From the NCBI RefSeq assembly GCF_024521635.1, contig NW_026250412.1, positions 558,001 to 622,000 on the forward strand: a DNA stretch of 64,000 bases, written 5' to 3'. Origin of the DNA: Tricharina praecox (lineage: Eukaryota). Below the pieces are notes generated by a model, which ran no database searches, was not told the origin of the DNA, and saw only the letters and a program-made list of their open reading frames with translations. Shown one piece after another: positions 37,015 through 51,506 of this stretch. Position 1 is the stretch's first letter. The number at the start of each line of letters is the position of its first letter. The position numbers and the translations under genes were made by a program.

Positions 37015-40000
37015 GTGCAGTACTGTACTGCGAGAGAGGCGGCGAATGCTCATTTGGGCTGGGCCGATCGGGGGAGGGAAGGGGTGGGAGCATGTAGGAG
37101 TGGGAGTGGGGGATCAGGACGGTGGCGGGGAGGTCCAACCCAACAGTCAACTATTAGTAGACACGGTTGTTTTTTTTATATTGGTAAACGACGAACGAAC
37201 GAGTTCATGGTTACATCATGATCGCATTCTGTCGGTCCTTCAACATAGTTTCCCGGACGACATACGCGGCTCACAATCGAAGGTCGCAACAGAGTAGGCA
37301 AACACTGCTCACTCGGATACGATCTTCTAGATATTGCTCCATCTCAGACCGGCTTGTCGCGGGCACCGTCGCTCGTCGATTCACGGCCCGTTCGCAACAG
37401 CTTTTTCGATGCCTAACGAACCATTGGAACACGGCGGATGTTGGCATTCCTGTGCCTACTAGACTTCTGTCAGGAGCGGTCGCTACTCTACTCTAGCTGG
37501 GAGGGAGTCTACGATCGTCGGCCACAGGCTGCTTCAAAGATCGATGGCGGAGCGAGATGGTGGTGGTGGTCCAACTGGAAGTGACGCTGGCGGGGCGGCC
37601 AGACATGTCACAATGACACCCACGCCAATTTACGGGAAGCAAACATCGATCTGCGTGCATACATCCACACCCTCCACGAAGAATAGGCGTGTAAGTACGC
37701 CGGGGGACATGCTGTGGACCAGTTCTTACGATCGCGATTACCTTTGTATGTACGGTATGTATGTAGAACCAGTCCGTCGTCCACGGGGACGAGGGTGAGC
37801 TCTGAGGCTCTTACACTGGTCAGTGGTGACTGCACAGCACCAGCCAACCCAACGTGCATTACCTATTCGCACCCACAGTCTGAGTCGGAGTCGGACAGTC
37901 CCACTTCAGACACCACGGCTAAGTCCAGCTTCCCCACTTCCCAAAAGCGTCTGCGGGTGTGGACGGATCGAGGTGGAAAGTACCTATCCAGGTGTGTGCA
38001 CGGCTACTCTAACTAATCCCAGAACAATTACGAAGAAGGAAGAAGGACGCAGGACAAATCAATACACAATACATAACATAACTCCCCGTCGGGGAAAGAT
38101 CGCCTCCCACTCTTTGGATGCGGTGTTTGCTCCCTCTCGACTTACTTATGTGAATACCGGAGTTTTTGCGCGCAATGGACTTTTCTGGGTAGGAATTCAT
38201 ACATAATCTTTGGCTTGAACAGGAACTGGAAGTTCTGCATGAAGAAGAAAGAAAAGAAAAGTGCTGATGATTAAGGAAGGAAAGGCTTCGTCGTGTCTGT
38301 ACATACCGGTAGTAGGGTACTCTACTCTACTTTGCTTCTCCCGAGTCAGTCCCCAAGTCTCATGCAGCGTTTCACCATCACCCGCCCCGAATACGCAATT
38401 GCCCACAACTTACATATGCTACACACCTCCATGGTCCACGCCCCAACACCGCATCGCCGTTCATCAGGACTCAGGACGGGACTCTTCCTACCGATGCCTA
38501 CGGTACGTCGGTAGTACGGTACATACAAGCTTCCCCCCACACCTTCTAAGCGGAAGTATGTACTAGGCATACCAGAGTACAAGGAAGCCTCCCGCTCGAT
38601 GCGTACCTACCGTACGGTATGTATGTTAACGATGAGCGGATTCCCCTGCCCTGCCCGCCCACCGTTTTCAAAGATTGCCACCTGCACCACCACCACCACC
38701 ACCACCAAGTAGCATAGGCACAGTACCGTATGTACATACCAGAGCCAGCCAGCTTACTGCCTTCAGCCAAGCTCCCAAGCTCCCAACCATCCATCCATCC
38801 AACCAACCAACAGCTGCCAGCCTCCCAGGCCGTCGTCGTCGGGGGTGTCTCGGGAAGCAATCTCGCCCACAGTCTCGCAGCGCAGTCCGTATGTAGTACC
38901 GTTCGATTCATCAGACCCCCTCGCCCCTCGCCCGGATATATGTATTTGCGAGACGGAGAACTCCTACTCTACTATCTAGTAGAGTGGTACATGCTCCATG
39001 CATAGCTGGCGTGGTGACATGTGAGATACCCATGCGCACCTGTATGTCTGTACACTGCTTGCATAGATACTATGCAGAATATGTACTCGCACCAGATAAC
39101 GGAATATTCCACATTCCACATTCTGGAATCCCCGAGGAACCTTTTATCACCCACCGATTGGCTTGTTTGGCAATTGGCAGACCCACATAGGTAGTAGCTA
39201 CATACCACGCGATCCAATTCCGCACATCGACACTGCTCGACTCAGTCACTCGGGCACGAATGGGGGGGCGAAGGGGAGGGGGAATGGGGGGCTCGTGACT
39301 GAGGTGTCTCAGCGCGGGCTACCCAAGTAAGTGCTCAGTACTTACATACAAGTTACATAGCGAACCCCCTACTGGGTAGTGGGTAGTGGGTAAGTAATGA
39401 TCAATCGTGGTATATACCTACTGAGCGGAATACCATACCGCAGCGGCGCAGCCTGACAGGCCCCACGGAGCGAGATTTGAGAAAGCTAGATTTGGGAGCC
39501 CGAGATGAAGGGTGAGGGAGCGAGGGTGTCAGTGCCATCGTCGCGCGCGCAAAGAAAGAAGGGAAAGGCTCTACCTATTGTTTGCTCGATAGACGAGGAT
39601 TGTAGGGGATTGTAGTCGGGCAAGTAAGCGTCGTCGTCATCGCGCAGAACGATACATATGGTGCCACACACCAGGGCTCGAGGGGAAAGGAAGAAGAAAA
39701 AGAAAGGAAGAAAAAAGAAAGGAAGAAAAAAGAAAGGAAGAAAAAAGAAAGGAAAAAGCACCTGTTCTCCTCCCACCCACACACATCCGACCTTCCTCCC
39801 TGAGTGGGTGGGGGATGTTTGGGAAGAGCAGACCAGACCAGACGCGATGAATCCGTTACGACGCCGTGGTGGGTGGGTGTAGAGTTATTTGCAGAGCTCT
39901 TGTGACAAGCGGGAGGGGGGACTCGTCACCCAAAACTTTTTTTTTTTTTTGGGGGGGGGGGGGGGGGGGCGATTGCTGCCATGGATGCGGTCTGAAAAGA

Positions 40001-43000
40001 TGACGATCTCAACTCATCGGAGGCTGGACGCGGGGAGCAGCCAGCGCCCTGCGGGCCCTGCGAGCAGAGCGCCGCGCGCAAACAAGCAAGCAAACCAAGC
40101 TTTTTGACCATGCATTCTTGGCGATTCGGATCCAATGTTTCGGATCGCCAGCATCCAGAGTGCTTCTTCCATCATCTGGCTAGCGTGGAGAGGGAACCAC
40201 ACCCATCCATCCCCCATCCCTAACGAGTATCGCCAGCAGCCCCATCCACATCCACATCGTTCGAACACCACCCCCCCTCCAAAACACCCATCAACTTTGA
40301 ATCGGACGCTCCACGGGAGAGTCATTGGCTGTGCATCACTACTCTACAGACATGGCACCCCCTCCCCTCCCCCTCACACACACGCCCACCCCCGCGTAAA
40401 ACACCTGCCGGCATGTCCCCTCCCCCTCCCCTCCCCTCCCCTCCTCATGCACTGCCACCCCCCTCCCCCTTCCCCCCAATTCCTCGGGGATATCGGACCT
40501 CGCATTCTACCGGCGCCTGAATAAAAACAAGCCTTTTGGCGAGCACCCCCTCCCCCTCCCCCTTCCAATTCGGGCCTTAACTAGGATCCGGGGAAACCTC
40601 GTATTGAGAAGAATGTGCGTGCGGTGAAAGAAAAAAAAAGAAAAAAAGAAAGGAACGAACGAACGGAAAGAAAAAAAAGAAACAAAGAAGCAAAGAAAGA
40701 AAAAATAGGCAGACAGGGTTGGCCCCACTTGTTGGTACCGGTAGTACTACTCTACATACCAGTACCGTAGTGGGGCGGGCGGGCGGTACCTACTCTACCT
40801 ACTATCATCATACTATGCAGAGGAGAAGACATCTATCTCAACCTACGGTACTGTATGTACTATCTGTGTACATACTCTACGTATCCACACCTGGAGTAGA
40901 GTACCTGCTCTGCCCCCGAGATGGATAACCGAATTCCATAGGTGCTGCACAAGCTCTGGCAGCTCCGGCTACATAGATACTCTATGTACATCTACATACA
41001 AGGACGCCCGAGCTTAGGAGAACCGGATCGATATCACGTACATACCCGTACATACATACATCCTCAGTCATGAGATTTCGGGAGTGCATCTTGCGACTCC
41101 TCCTCCGGAGGCAAAGCCTGATCGTGTCCTAGCTCTCCTGGAGTATATACGTGAGTACTTAGCGAGGCATTTCATTTCGTCCTCCGTGCGGTGCGGCAGT
41201 GCAGTGCAGCGGGCACCCACCCACCCACACGTACCGATGTATGTATGTAAGGGCAGGCGGCGTCCGGGTGAAGTATGTACAATCATACATAGAAAGCCGG
41301 CTGAAGGAATGAGTGTTGAGCAACTTGAGCTGGATGGATGGATGGATGGATGGATGGATGGATGGGGAGACATTCGCCCGCGCCCCAGTCCCGCTCCAGC
41401 AGGTGATGCCGCGTCCGCGTCACCCAGGGAAAGCGCAGGCGAAGCTCTTCGGTTTCAACCCCAACAGGTGTTGAGACAGCGGCGTACGGTATGTACTGAG
41501 GTACTTACATACTCGGGTACTTCGCGAAGCTTGCCAGGTAGTAGGTAATCATGCCTGCCCGCGTGTCCGCCGGGCCGAGGCATCTTCATTGGATCGCACT
41601 CGCATCGGTAACCCCCACATGGGAACCTCGCTCGGAGTGGGGGCGGGGGGCTAACTAAACAGTACTACTGGAGGTTACACACGGGTTAAACAACCAATCG
41701 CCGCTCGTGGCCCTATGGACCTTCCGATCTGAAAAAACGCCACTTCCGTCGGCAGGACAAGGCGTGAGGCTTGGCCTTGGCCCTTGGCACTTGGGTTTCC
41801 CCATGCCTACATACCTCGTCATCCGAAGTACCATTCTCGCCATACCTACCATACCAACGTGTAACTAGCCCTAGTAAGCCACAAATGTGGTTTCGACTTC
41901 TTCTTCTCTTCTCTCTCTCTTCAGTTGTGAGCCGTGACTGGATACTCTACTCTACTCTAGGTAGAGTACTCTAGGTAGCGCTCTCCAGTGTCCAGTGTCC
42001 AGTGCCCACTGGACACTCGGACATCTGGTTAATTAATAAGGATATGTTACCGACTTGAGGCATTTCCCCTACAAACCACCTTCCACCTTCCGTACTGTGC
42101 GGTAGTGCGCTGCCGGTGTTTGCCGGGATGCAGCGTTCAACTGTTCAACTGTTCATGGTGCCAGGTGAATCCAGCGAAACGTTCGGTCGGATCCGGTACT
42201 TACTTACTTACCTCATACTTGGGTACTTCAGTTCGAACCCCCCAGGCCGCAGGATTGTCGGTGCTAAACTCCGGAGCACCAGCTTGCAGGGACGAACGCA
42301 GTTTTAGTCGGCATCACTCGACATAGGTGTGTACTGGTAGTTTGGTACGCTCTCGTTTTCGCTCTGGGAATCGAGGCGTTAATGTGCGGTAACTACTAAC
42401 TAGGCTACTAGTAGTAGTAGTAGTACCTGCGATTTGGAGCTGGAGGCTGAAGCCTTAGGTGCGGCGTTGGGCTCTGGAGTCTGCATTGTTGCTGCCGCCT
42501 AGATATGTGCCTACGCAGAACCTCAAGGCTCAACTACATACCTCACTCCGAGTACAGTACAGTACTCTCCTCCATCCGTCTACTCTACTCGACTCAACTC
42601 AGCTCGACTCAACTCTTCTACTCTCCTCCATCTCCTCACCTCTCCTCACCTCTCCTCTAACTCCGAACCCGACCCACTGACTGACTGACTGACTGAGCTG
42701 AGGGATTAAACGTCTGGGGTGGCCTGCATAACAGCATAGGTACATAGTATGTACTTAGCAAGAACGGGCAATAAACCTGTACGATCCTCAGCAGTTGCGC
42801 CGCTGCCTACCCAGGTACGGTACATACAGGCAAACCCTCCCCCCCCGGAGATCCAACTGCGCGCACCCAGACGCAGTCACGCAGACACGCAGAGGCTGCC
42901 ACTTTTAGAAAGTCCTCGCGTATGTATCTACTCTACTACAGGTACATACAGGTACCGTGCTCACTGCTCTCGGCAGGTGGGGGATCTAGGGGACCTGGGG

Positions 43001-46000
43001 GTAACCAGTACTTGAGTACTCTAGGTAGTGGGTATGTAAGTGGTATGTAAGTGGTAGATCAGGGTTGAGCGGTTTAGAGTACGCACATATATATGTACCA
43101 GCGAATGTGGTTGTTTCGACGGATTCGGTGCGGTCAGGTGCAAAACCGTAGGGTACCTAGTCAGGGTGAGGTGGAAATTGGAATCCGATATACCGGTAGT
43201 ATACGGTAGGTACCGTACTGTAGTGGACTGTCGACCGGTGTATAAAAAAATAACGGGCGTGCGTGGTTTGCGACTTAAGCGCGATGGCTCAGGATGGCTT
43301 ATGACTCATGGCTGGTGGCTGGTGGCTGGTGGCTTCTCGATGTTTCGAACTTTCGACTCGGCCTGAGTGGCGGAAGCATAAAAGTGCTACCTACAATTAC
43401 TGCTGGAGACGGTATGTAGTGTACCTATAGTAGAGATGTTTCCCCAAGCTGGAGTCTGGATAACCGGTTGGTTGGTTGCGACTCGCGAGGATTGACATCG
43501 CCGACTGAACAATGGCGGATTAGCGGAAAACCTACCTACATTATACGGTACGGTATGTACTAGTATATATAAACGCTGATTAGTCGTCGTGTACTATATC
43601 CCCCGTATCGTGCACCTACAGCATATACAGCTTGAGAGTCGGCTCCAAGTCCGTTCAACGTCTGGCCAAGAGACTGCGGTCGGTCGGTCGGACGGACGGA
43701 CGATTACCGTATGTACATACCTCCCTACCCATGCTACGACACTCACGACTACCGGTACTTATGCATATCATACATGTGTACCTAGAGGATAGAGGGTTGG
43801 ATACTCCTCTACGAGCCTAGATTTATCATTTGGACGAGAAAGAGTCTAGACTCCGAAATACCACATCGTCTTTTGTCTGAGACTCTGAGACTCTGAGACT
43901 TCTCGAACAAATACTTACATGTGTAGAGTACCTACATGCAGCGATCGAATCGGGGAATGGTACCGACACGGTTGACGGTTCTTCATGCATGGCGGACATA
44001 ACAACGAATGGGCTTCAATCGCTTCACTCCAACTACGGTGTGGGCACGGGCAGTAATCGAGAAACAACCGGACCGCCACAGTAGAGTACCTAGTACGATG
44101 GCCAAGAGGGTTAAGATCTTATCCGCGCTGCGCTGACTGGAATACCTTGCGATCTACATCATCCTCCTCCTCCTCCTCCTCCTTCTCCACACCGAAGTGT
44201 ACGGTAGAGTACACACCGGTGCTGATTCTCTTTGTACTCGCCCAACCTTATTTCCACGCTATGTGCATCATCCCCCCCCCCCGCCGCCGCCTTCCATGCT
44301 TCTGCTATATGTTCCTAGACGTGCGTCAATCAAGCGCGCACGACAAACGCTGGTCCCTCGGTCCTTGGCGGGCGGGCTTGTCGTACATAATCAGATAATC
44401 GACCGCCGTTCTAACTTCTGCATGTCAGCTCATCTCCCAACGGCCAAGACTCAACTGTATGTACATACCATGCATATTACACAGGTATATGTATACATAC
44501 CAAGCCGTGCATCTCGATTCTCCAGACGTGCGCAGTACACACACACATTTATACACACATAAAGATTGCTTCTGTTCTAGTTACATACTATACTCCCGCG
44601 CTGGAGTGGGTACATACTAGTACACACGTACCAGACGTCCATTCCGAAGACGACGATGACGGCAGCGGCCATCACCTCGATCGGGATTCGAACCACCAGT
44701 CTACCACAGGCTAGCGGCTAATCGTTGATGCATCCCCCTCCCCCCTCCCCCCGTCCCCCGTCCCCCGGTCACGCAGCCGACGCTTCGAGAAGAGAACGAG
44801 ACGCCAAGCGCGATAAGTGCTCGACGGTGCATCACAGGGCCGCGCCCTTGAAGCGGAGACTACCGTAGGATGCGGAGACTAAGGTGTGGATCGGGCGGAA
44901 CTTGGCAGGAGTTGGTACATACCCGCCTTGAGACTGCTGGACAAATGTTAACTGCTAACTTGGCACGGACCAAAAACCTAAACGGGACCTTCCGGTCCCC
45001 GGGCGTCGCCGGTCGGCGATGAGGTGGAGCATGGCTGGTACTGCGCCATCTACATATGTAGGGAGCTCCTACTCCTGATTTCCCGTCACCTAGTGTCACT
45101 CGTGCATAGCGGTCCGGTCCTGGGGAAATCACAATGGATACTCTAATTCAAGCCAGTCTCACCGACTAACCACGTTGTTGCCCAAGCAGCACTCGTGGAC
45201 TCTAGGGTGGGAGTAGTCCAAATATGTATCATACTGGTGTGCATGCAACGATAATCCGCTTCTCATGTGGGGTCTACCGTCTACATACGGCGCCGGCGCA
45301 GATGATCACCACCCGCCTCCCCGCTCGGTCGGTCTCACCTCACCTCACCTCACATCACTTGGTCCGATGCAAGAACGTGGCAGTTAAGATACTCCGCAGT
45401 CTGACCGACCGATCGAAAAAAAACCCCCCCCAAAATGGGTTGGCGGCTCGGTGGAGAATCGAGATATCCATCGCCGGACGTCTATGTGTACTCTACATAT
45501 GTGCGAACGGACCGTCGGCGACTTGGCGGCGGATGGCATTGGCCTGGATTCGGGATGGAAAGACTTCCTACATATACCCACTTCCCCCCGCCCCCCATCT
45601 CGGTGAATGGCTTCAACCAGCAGCGTATATATCCTAGTCGGCCGATGCGGCAAGGTAGATTCTTCTACATAGTCGTTAAGGTTCGTCCGGTTTTTGCGGC
45701 CCGGTTGTGTATAACTACGGTACTATATATGGCCTCAAATTGGATGCTTGGTTCTTGGACGCTCGTGGCTTTTTTCCCCTGTGCTATTGAGGAGAGCGGA
45801 TGATTGTTTGTGCATGTAACTAGCACCGAGCTGATGGCTCTATGGTACAAGTCTTCCAGTGAGTCCCGTGTGCCAGGCCAACGATCCAGCAGACGGACGA
45901 TAGGTATTCGTGAAAAATGGTATCCCGTAGTACCTATATGGACTCTGGAGATCGTCCTCCAGTTCCCCTACCAGTCTCGATGTATGGATTTTCTAGCTGA

Positions 46001-46023
46001 CCGCTGACCGCTGACCACGCATG

Positions 46024-46094
46024 GCGTCAGTGCGTCACACGAACCTCCCCTCCCCAGAATCCCCACGTCATCACATGACGCCAAGTTCAGCGCA
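46024..46094. promoter_or_regulatory. Candidate FAN1 promoter with clustered CGTCA/TGACG (ATF/CREB half-site) and ACGCG (MCB-like) words
   Basis: GCGTCA, GCGTCA, ACGTCA and TGACG within ~60 bp, then TACGCGGTCGCGT. Suggests the track ATG at 46021 is not the real start. Confidence 0.35.
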
Positions 46095-46194
46095 CCGAGT
46101 CATCTACGCGGTCGCGTATCCCCCATCCCGCATCCCGCCCTTGCCGAACCGCCCGACTCCCCGCTCACTCGCACGATCCACGAATCTGTTCACG

Positions 46195-48705
46195 ATGACC
46201 CTCGAAACGCTGAGCCAATCCAGCCGAAACCAGATGACCACCGGACCGCCCAAGAAGCGTGCGCGAACCTCGGGTGGTGGTGGTGGTGGTGGTGGTGGGT
46301 TGGGAAGCGATAGCTCCACACCACCGCCATCACCACCGTCGGCGCCGCTCGACGAGCTAGAAACGGTAGACGCGGATGCGGATGCAGACGAGGCCGAGCC
46401 ACTGCTCGCGACCCCCGAGCGCACCGAGGCAGTGCAGAAATACGAGGGCGGTCGCGAGGTGGACGCGGAAACGGGCACGTACACGAGCTCGATCTATGTC
46501 GACGCCTTTGTCCTCGCGCTGGATACCGTGCTAGCCGATGAAGCATATCTCTTCTCCGAGGACGAGCTGGAGGTCTTCGTCAAGTACCGGTCGTTGCCGT
46601 ATGCGGCGCAACATCTGTGAGCAGCTTTCATGTGGCGGGGGGTGGGGGTGGGGCTGTTGGAATGTGCTGAGAGGGGCGGCAGATATGTGCGTTTGTTCCT
46701 GCGCAAGACGGATGCGTGGTTCCGTATCGGCAGGCTACAGTACCCGAAGGATATACCGGACGTGGGCGCTGCGTGTGCGCTCCTGCAGAGCAAGGACGTT
46801 GGGTTTGCGAATGATGATGCGGATATTGCCCTCGAGGACGCGGCGGGACTGTTGCTCGTCGAAGAGCTGAAAGCCGTGACGAAGGATGCCAAATGCGCCG
46901 TCACCGGGTCGAACAAACCGCAGCTCATTGCCGGGTTGATGAAAGCGTCGAGAGAGCAGGCAGGGCTTCGCGCGAGAGGCGGGCAGCTGAAGCTGCAGTT
47001 CGACGGGAAGGGGAATTATGTCAACCGCGAGGAACACTTCGTGAAGAAGATACTGGAGAGAACCGGTGCGAGTTACTTGCTTGCTTACTCCTGATTGGCT
47101 TCTCTGTTTGCTCATACGTACCGCGAGAGAAAAAGGTCCTTGCATCCGTCTGTCGTCGGCGGTGACGGTCCTCTTCAACCGTGTGCACCTGGTCTTCTAC
47201 CGGTCCACCGAGTGGACGGAGAAGTCGCTCACAACCGTCATCCTATCGCGCACGATGAAGCGCAACTTCCCCCACTACATCGTTTCGCGCACATCCAACA
47301 TATTCCCCACGCGCCAGGCCCTACTAGATTTCGAAGCCTCAATCAAACTGCAGTCCGAGGTAGACGAGATCCTAGTAACCCCTGGTGCCCCAGGAGAAGA
47401 AGGTCTGCAGCGAGTCCATGAAATCTTCGAAGCTACATATCCGATCTGGGAGCAACTTGTCGCGGCAGAGGCGGAGAGTACTCTCGCTGCCGAACACGAC
47501 GAAGCCCTGGAGCGCGTGTACCTCCGTCGCTTCAACGCCGGGTGGGTATACACGCGCATCGCGCACAAAGGCGTGTACGTTCTTGGGCGGTTCAAGCTAT
47601 ACGAGCGCGAGCACTCGGTGCTCAGCGCACTACTATCGCAAAAGTTCTTTCAGCCCGCACGCCGGGGCGTCTGGTACCAGCGCAAAGCCCTGATCGAAGA
47701 GAACTACATGAGCGATCTCGACGGCGACAGCAAAGCTCCCAAGGAAGCACGGATCAAGAAGTGGCGGAAGGCGGCGCTTTCCACCTGCGAGGCCGGCCTG
47801 CAGGACCCCCAAACACACTTAATCTTCCACTACGACTTGCAGAAACGCATTTTGAAGCTGGAGCACAAGCTGCGCGTTCCCAAGCGTATGCAGCATGATT
47901 TCGGCCATGCAAGGCTACGCAAGCCGAGCGATCGCACAATCTTTGGCGAACGCCTCAACGAGCCGGAGCTCGGCCGGAAAACCCTGTGGCGCGATCCCGA
48001 AGATGGGTTGGCTGAGTGCAGCGTCGAGGAAATGTGTCTCTCCGTCTACCGCTCCGAGGGGTGGAAGGGCTATCACTGCGAGGGCGGCATAGTGAGAACG
48101 CTCTTTGCCTACCTCTTCTACGACATGTTATTCCTATACCTGCCCAACGTCTTCGAGACCGAGTTCCAGACGTGTCCGCTCGATCTCTTCACCGACGCGT
48201 TCTATCCCGTTCGAGCATCGGAGATCAACCACCGGCTGGCCGAGATCGCGAACGGCGGTGCGCGGCGGATAGTCAAAGAGGTGTGGGAGAACAATCAAGA
48301 ACGGCAGCCGTGCGTCGTCGGGCTGAATTGGAGCTATTCCATCGAGGACCTGGAGGAGATTGTTGAGTGCTTCCCGCCCGATGCACTCGCCACCGTCTGC
48401 AAGGTGCTCTGTCAGGAGTATCGACAGCGCGGCGGCGGCATGCCGGATCTGTTCCTGTGGAGATATGGAGAGGGCGATGATCCCGTGAAGGAGGTTTTGT
48501 TCTCCGAAGGTACGTGATCCACCCACATCCATCGAACACACACCCTTTTGATAGCTAACTAGCTCGCGATGGTACAGTCAAGTCGGAGAATGATCGGTTG
48601 AGTGATACGCAGAGACTTTGGATTCATGTTTTGAGCAGTGCGGGGGTAGCGGTGGAGCTTTGCGCTGCGAGGTCCAAGAGGAAGAACGAAAGTCAGGCGG
48701 ATTAG
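46195..48705 (+). CDS. FAN1: Fanconi-associated nuclease 1 (VRR-NUC domain); join(46195..46616,46683..47065,47136..48509,48578..48705), ~768 aa (start could be 46234)
   Basis: LYVRLFLRK, RRGVWYQRKALI, SVEEMCL..Y..GWKGYHCEG, GGMPDLFLW..FSEVKSENDRLSDTQRLW PD-(D/E)XK motif completed across the last intron; PPKKRAR NLS. Confidence 0.95.
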
Positions 48706-50795
48706 CCCATTTGACTAGCTAGTAATCCGGAGGAACGAATATAAATGGCTTATGACTCCAAAGTACTCCGAGTGATGAGAGCATGTGCAGGACCCGGTTT
48801 TGCCGCCATGAACTCGGGATCCGCTTAGTCATCCGGGGGTGGGGCTGTATTGTATGTACTGTAGTCCACTGTCACGAACGGTGCTGCATCAAGGCAACCG
48901 GGTATGCATTAACAGGAATCGCATCATATGTAGCCGTGATGGCAGGGAAGAATGCCGTGATATGTACTCTATGTATGAAGATAAACATATCATAAGCGGA
49001 TCAATGCGGGTGACTTCGCTATGCTAGAGGCGTCACGCTGCACGATGATGTCTTGCCATTCCAGTTCCGGTGCTTTTTTTTGGTCTTGTGACTTCCGTAT
49101 CGACTTCCGGACTTGGGCTTTCTTCATCCGTCGGGAATATGTAGATGAAATATCGGCAATTCAGCACTGAGGAATTCCGTGGGGAAGAGAGGTTGGAGGG
49201 TGGGAGGTGGGGGAGGGAGTGACTTGGCTTAGGTAAGCTCCGTCTCGAGCTCAGTTGCAAATTGCACTCTTCTCCCTCCCTCATTCCCACCGTATCGACG
49301 CCGGATGATGCCAACAACCCGATGCGATATCTACACGGAGGCCGGAGGCTCTATTCTTGCCATGGGGTAGCTAAGGGATTCTGCTCGATGTTCATATCGG
49401 ATTCCGACTGCCTTCTGCGATAGGCAGTTTGGGAATGAGGGTGGCAGAATTCCTACCGTATATACCGTACCTATGGTATCAGCTTTGACTCTACTAGTAC
49501 ATGCCAGCCGTACCGTAACTTCACCGACTAATGGGCAGATGAAGTTCCAGCGGCTGACGATTGTTTCAGGCCGCTGCAAGTTCGCCCCCCGCTTCAAACA
49601 CGGGTGGAGGCGAAGGCGAGTGTCTCGGCCAGTGATCTGCGCCGGACAGTGCTGTCATATGGTAGGTATCCGATAATCCAACAGCCTGTGCACCACAACA
49701 TGACGGCCACTGGTGAGCACAACTTTGGGTTTCATATTCTGCTTGATCCGAGATTGTGAGCGGGCTGCTGCAAGGAGGGAACCTGAGCTACTCAGGCCTT
49801 TGTCGATGCACGGGTTGTTTTCTTTTCTTTTCAGGCCTTTGCTTTGATCTTTTGGTGGGGGTGACAGCGACAGAGTTTGGATCATGTTGCCCATCGAATC
49901 ACCTATACCAGTATGAGTGAAGCGGCAGGATCCTGAGGAGAAAGGAAGGCGTTGAGTATGCGTACAAGAAATCCTCGTGCATGCTGGCAACTTCCGAGCT
50001 TTATGTGAAGCCTGGTGGCCGTGCTTCCCTACATCCGGACACTCAAAACAACTCGGCTTTGTCTCGTGGGCTGCTCTACACGTCACATGTCCCCTCCATG
50101 CACATGCTCTACGCGCCACGCCCGCCACAACGAACCGTCGCTCAGCAGCTCAGATCTTGTCTATAGCAAAAACCCAGCCATAATAACAAGAACGGCAATA
50201 AATGCATCGAAAACATCCGCGTCGTATCTAACCGGAGGACGGTTTCTCCATCTTCCTTCTCTCCTCCCACTCGTTCTTCTCGCTCCCCAATCGGCCCTCC
50301 CCCCCACCCCCAACACCCTGCTCGGAACACATCCCGCCTGGCAATCATAAGCGGCCTCAGCTGTCTCAGACTAAAGGACTCAAGTGTGGAGCTTCCTGCG
50401 AAGCAAGTAGTCAGCAGAGCCCCCCTCCTCATCCTCCTCCTCCCCGCTGCTACCCTCATCTTTGAAGCTCTTCAAAGCTTTGAATACACCCACTCCCAAC
50501 CACTCCTCACCGTACCCCTCGCCGCGAGCCCTTCTACGCGAAACCCGACGTCACTCCCGTAAAGCTCTCGCAAACATCTTCCGTCGCCGTCGTCGTCGCC
50601 CGCACTGCTCTCATCGCCGTCGTCGTCGCTGTCGTCACACGGAAGCAAGCAACCTCGTACCCCATCCCGATAGCCCGAGCCACAAACACGTTCCTCAGCT
50701 AGTACCAGAGCTCGGCCAGCTTCGCCCAACATCGGCCACCGAAGAACAAGCAAAGCAATAGATCAAAAGGCGAACAAGCAAAGAAAGAACCCGAA

Positions 50796-51506
50796 ATGGG
50801 CCTCTCGTACAACGTCTACCTCAGCTCTTCGCGCATCTACATGTGCAAGTCATGCAAAACGCATCTCTCAAATCATGAGGACATCATCAGCCGGGTGAGT
50901 TTCGCGCCGCCGGTCCCCTCCTCCCCTCCCCCCGCTGCAACTACGTTCCTGCCTGCCTGCCTGCCTGTTCCTGCGACTTCCTGCTTCACGCAGTCAGCCC
51001 CTCCTTCCTGTGCTACATGCACGTGTGTGGGCCCCAACGTGCGCGATAGACAACTACCTAGTGCCAGCAGCTCGCTATCCATCTGCTCTATCGCTTCCCC
51101 CTCCACCCATGCTTATTTCCCATACGCGGCCCAAGAGTTCTTATTCGTCGTTTAATCGCTATCGGAACAAGGACTGACCGGTAGCTTTTGGGCCATTGCA
51201 GAATTTCAGAGGTCAACATGGAAAGGCGTATCTCTTTTCGAACGTGGTCAACGTGGTCGAAGACTCGCCCGACGAACGGACAATGACGACGGGCCGCCAT
51301 GTGGTGCGCGACATCAGCTGTCGACAGTGCGATACCATCGTCGGCTGGAAATACGACAAGGCCTATGAGCCGCAGGAGCAGTACAAGGAGAACAAGTTCA
51401 TCCTTGAGGCGGAACTGCTGGTCCAGGTAGGTGGTCTCGGGCTTGTGCTTGGGTTGTGGTTTTCCCCAAGACTGACTTCTGCTTCAAGTTTAAAAAGGAT
51501 CAGTAA
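50796..51506 (+). CDS. MOH1: Yippee/Moh1 zinc-binding protein; join(50796..50894,51202..51426,51489..51506), ~113 aa (last exon less certain)
   Basis: CKSCKTHL..IISR|NFRGQHGKAYLF..VVNV..ERTMTTGRHVVRDISCRQCDTIVGWKYDKAYEPQEQYKENKFILE. Confidence 0.93.

Noticed and set aside
44093..44150. tRNA-like A-box (GATGGCCAAGAGGGTTAAG)
   Set aside because: No T-arm GTTCRA or acceptor-stem pairing downstream.
44683..44720. Perfect B-box GGTTCGAATCCC on the minus strand with a nearby A-box-like word
   Set aside because: Spacing is too short for a cloverleaf and there is no anticodon arm; at most an isolated TFIIIC-type site.
36900..45900. RIP-mutated repeat region suggested by abundant TAG/TAC/GTA words
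   Set aside because: GC content stays moderate and CpA/TpG remain common; no recognisable transposon remnants.
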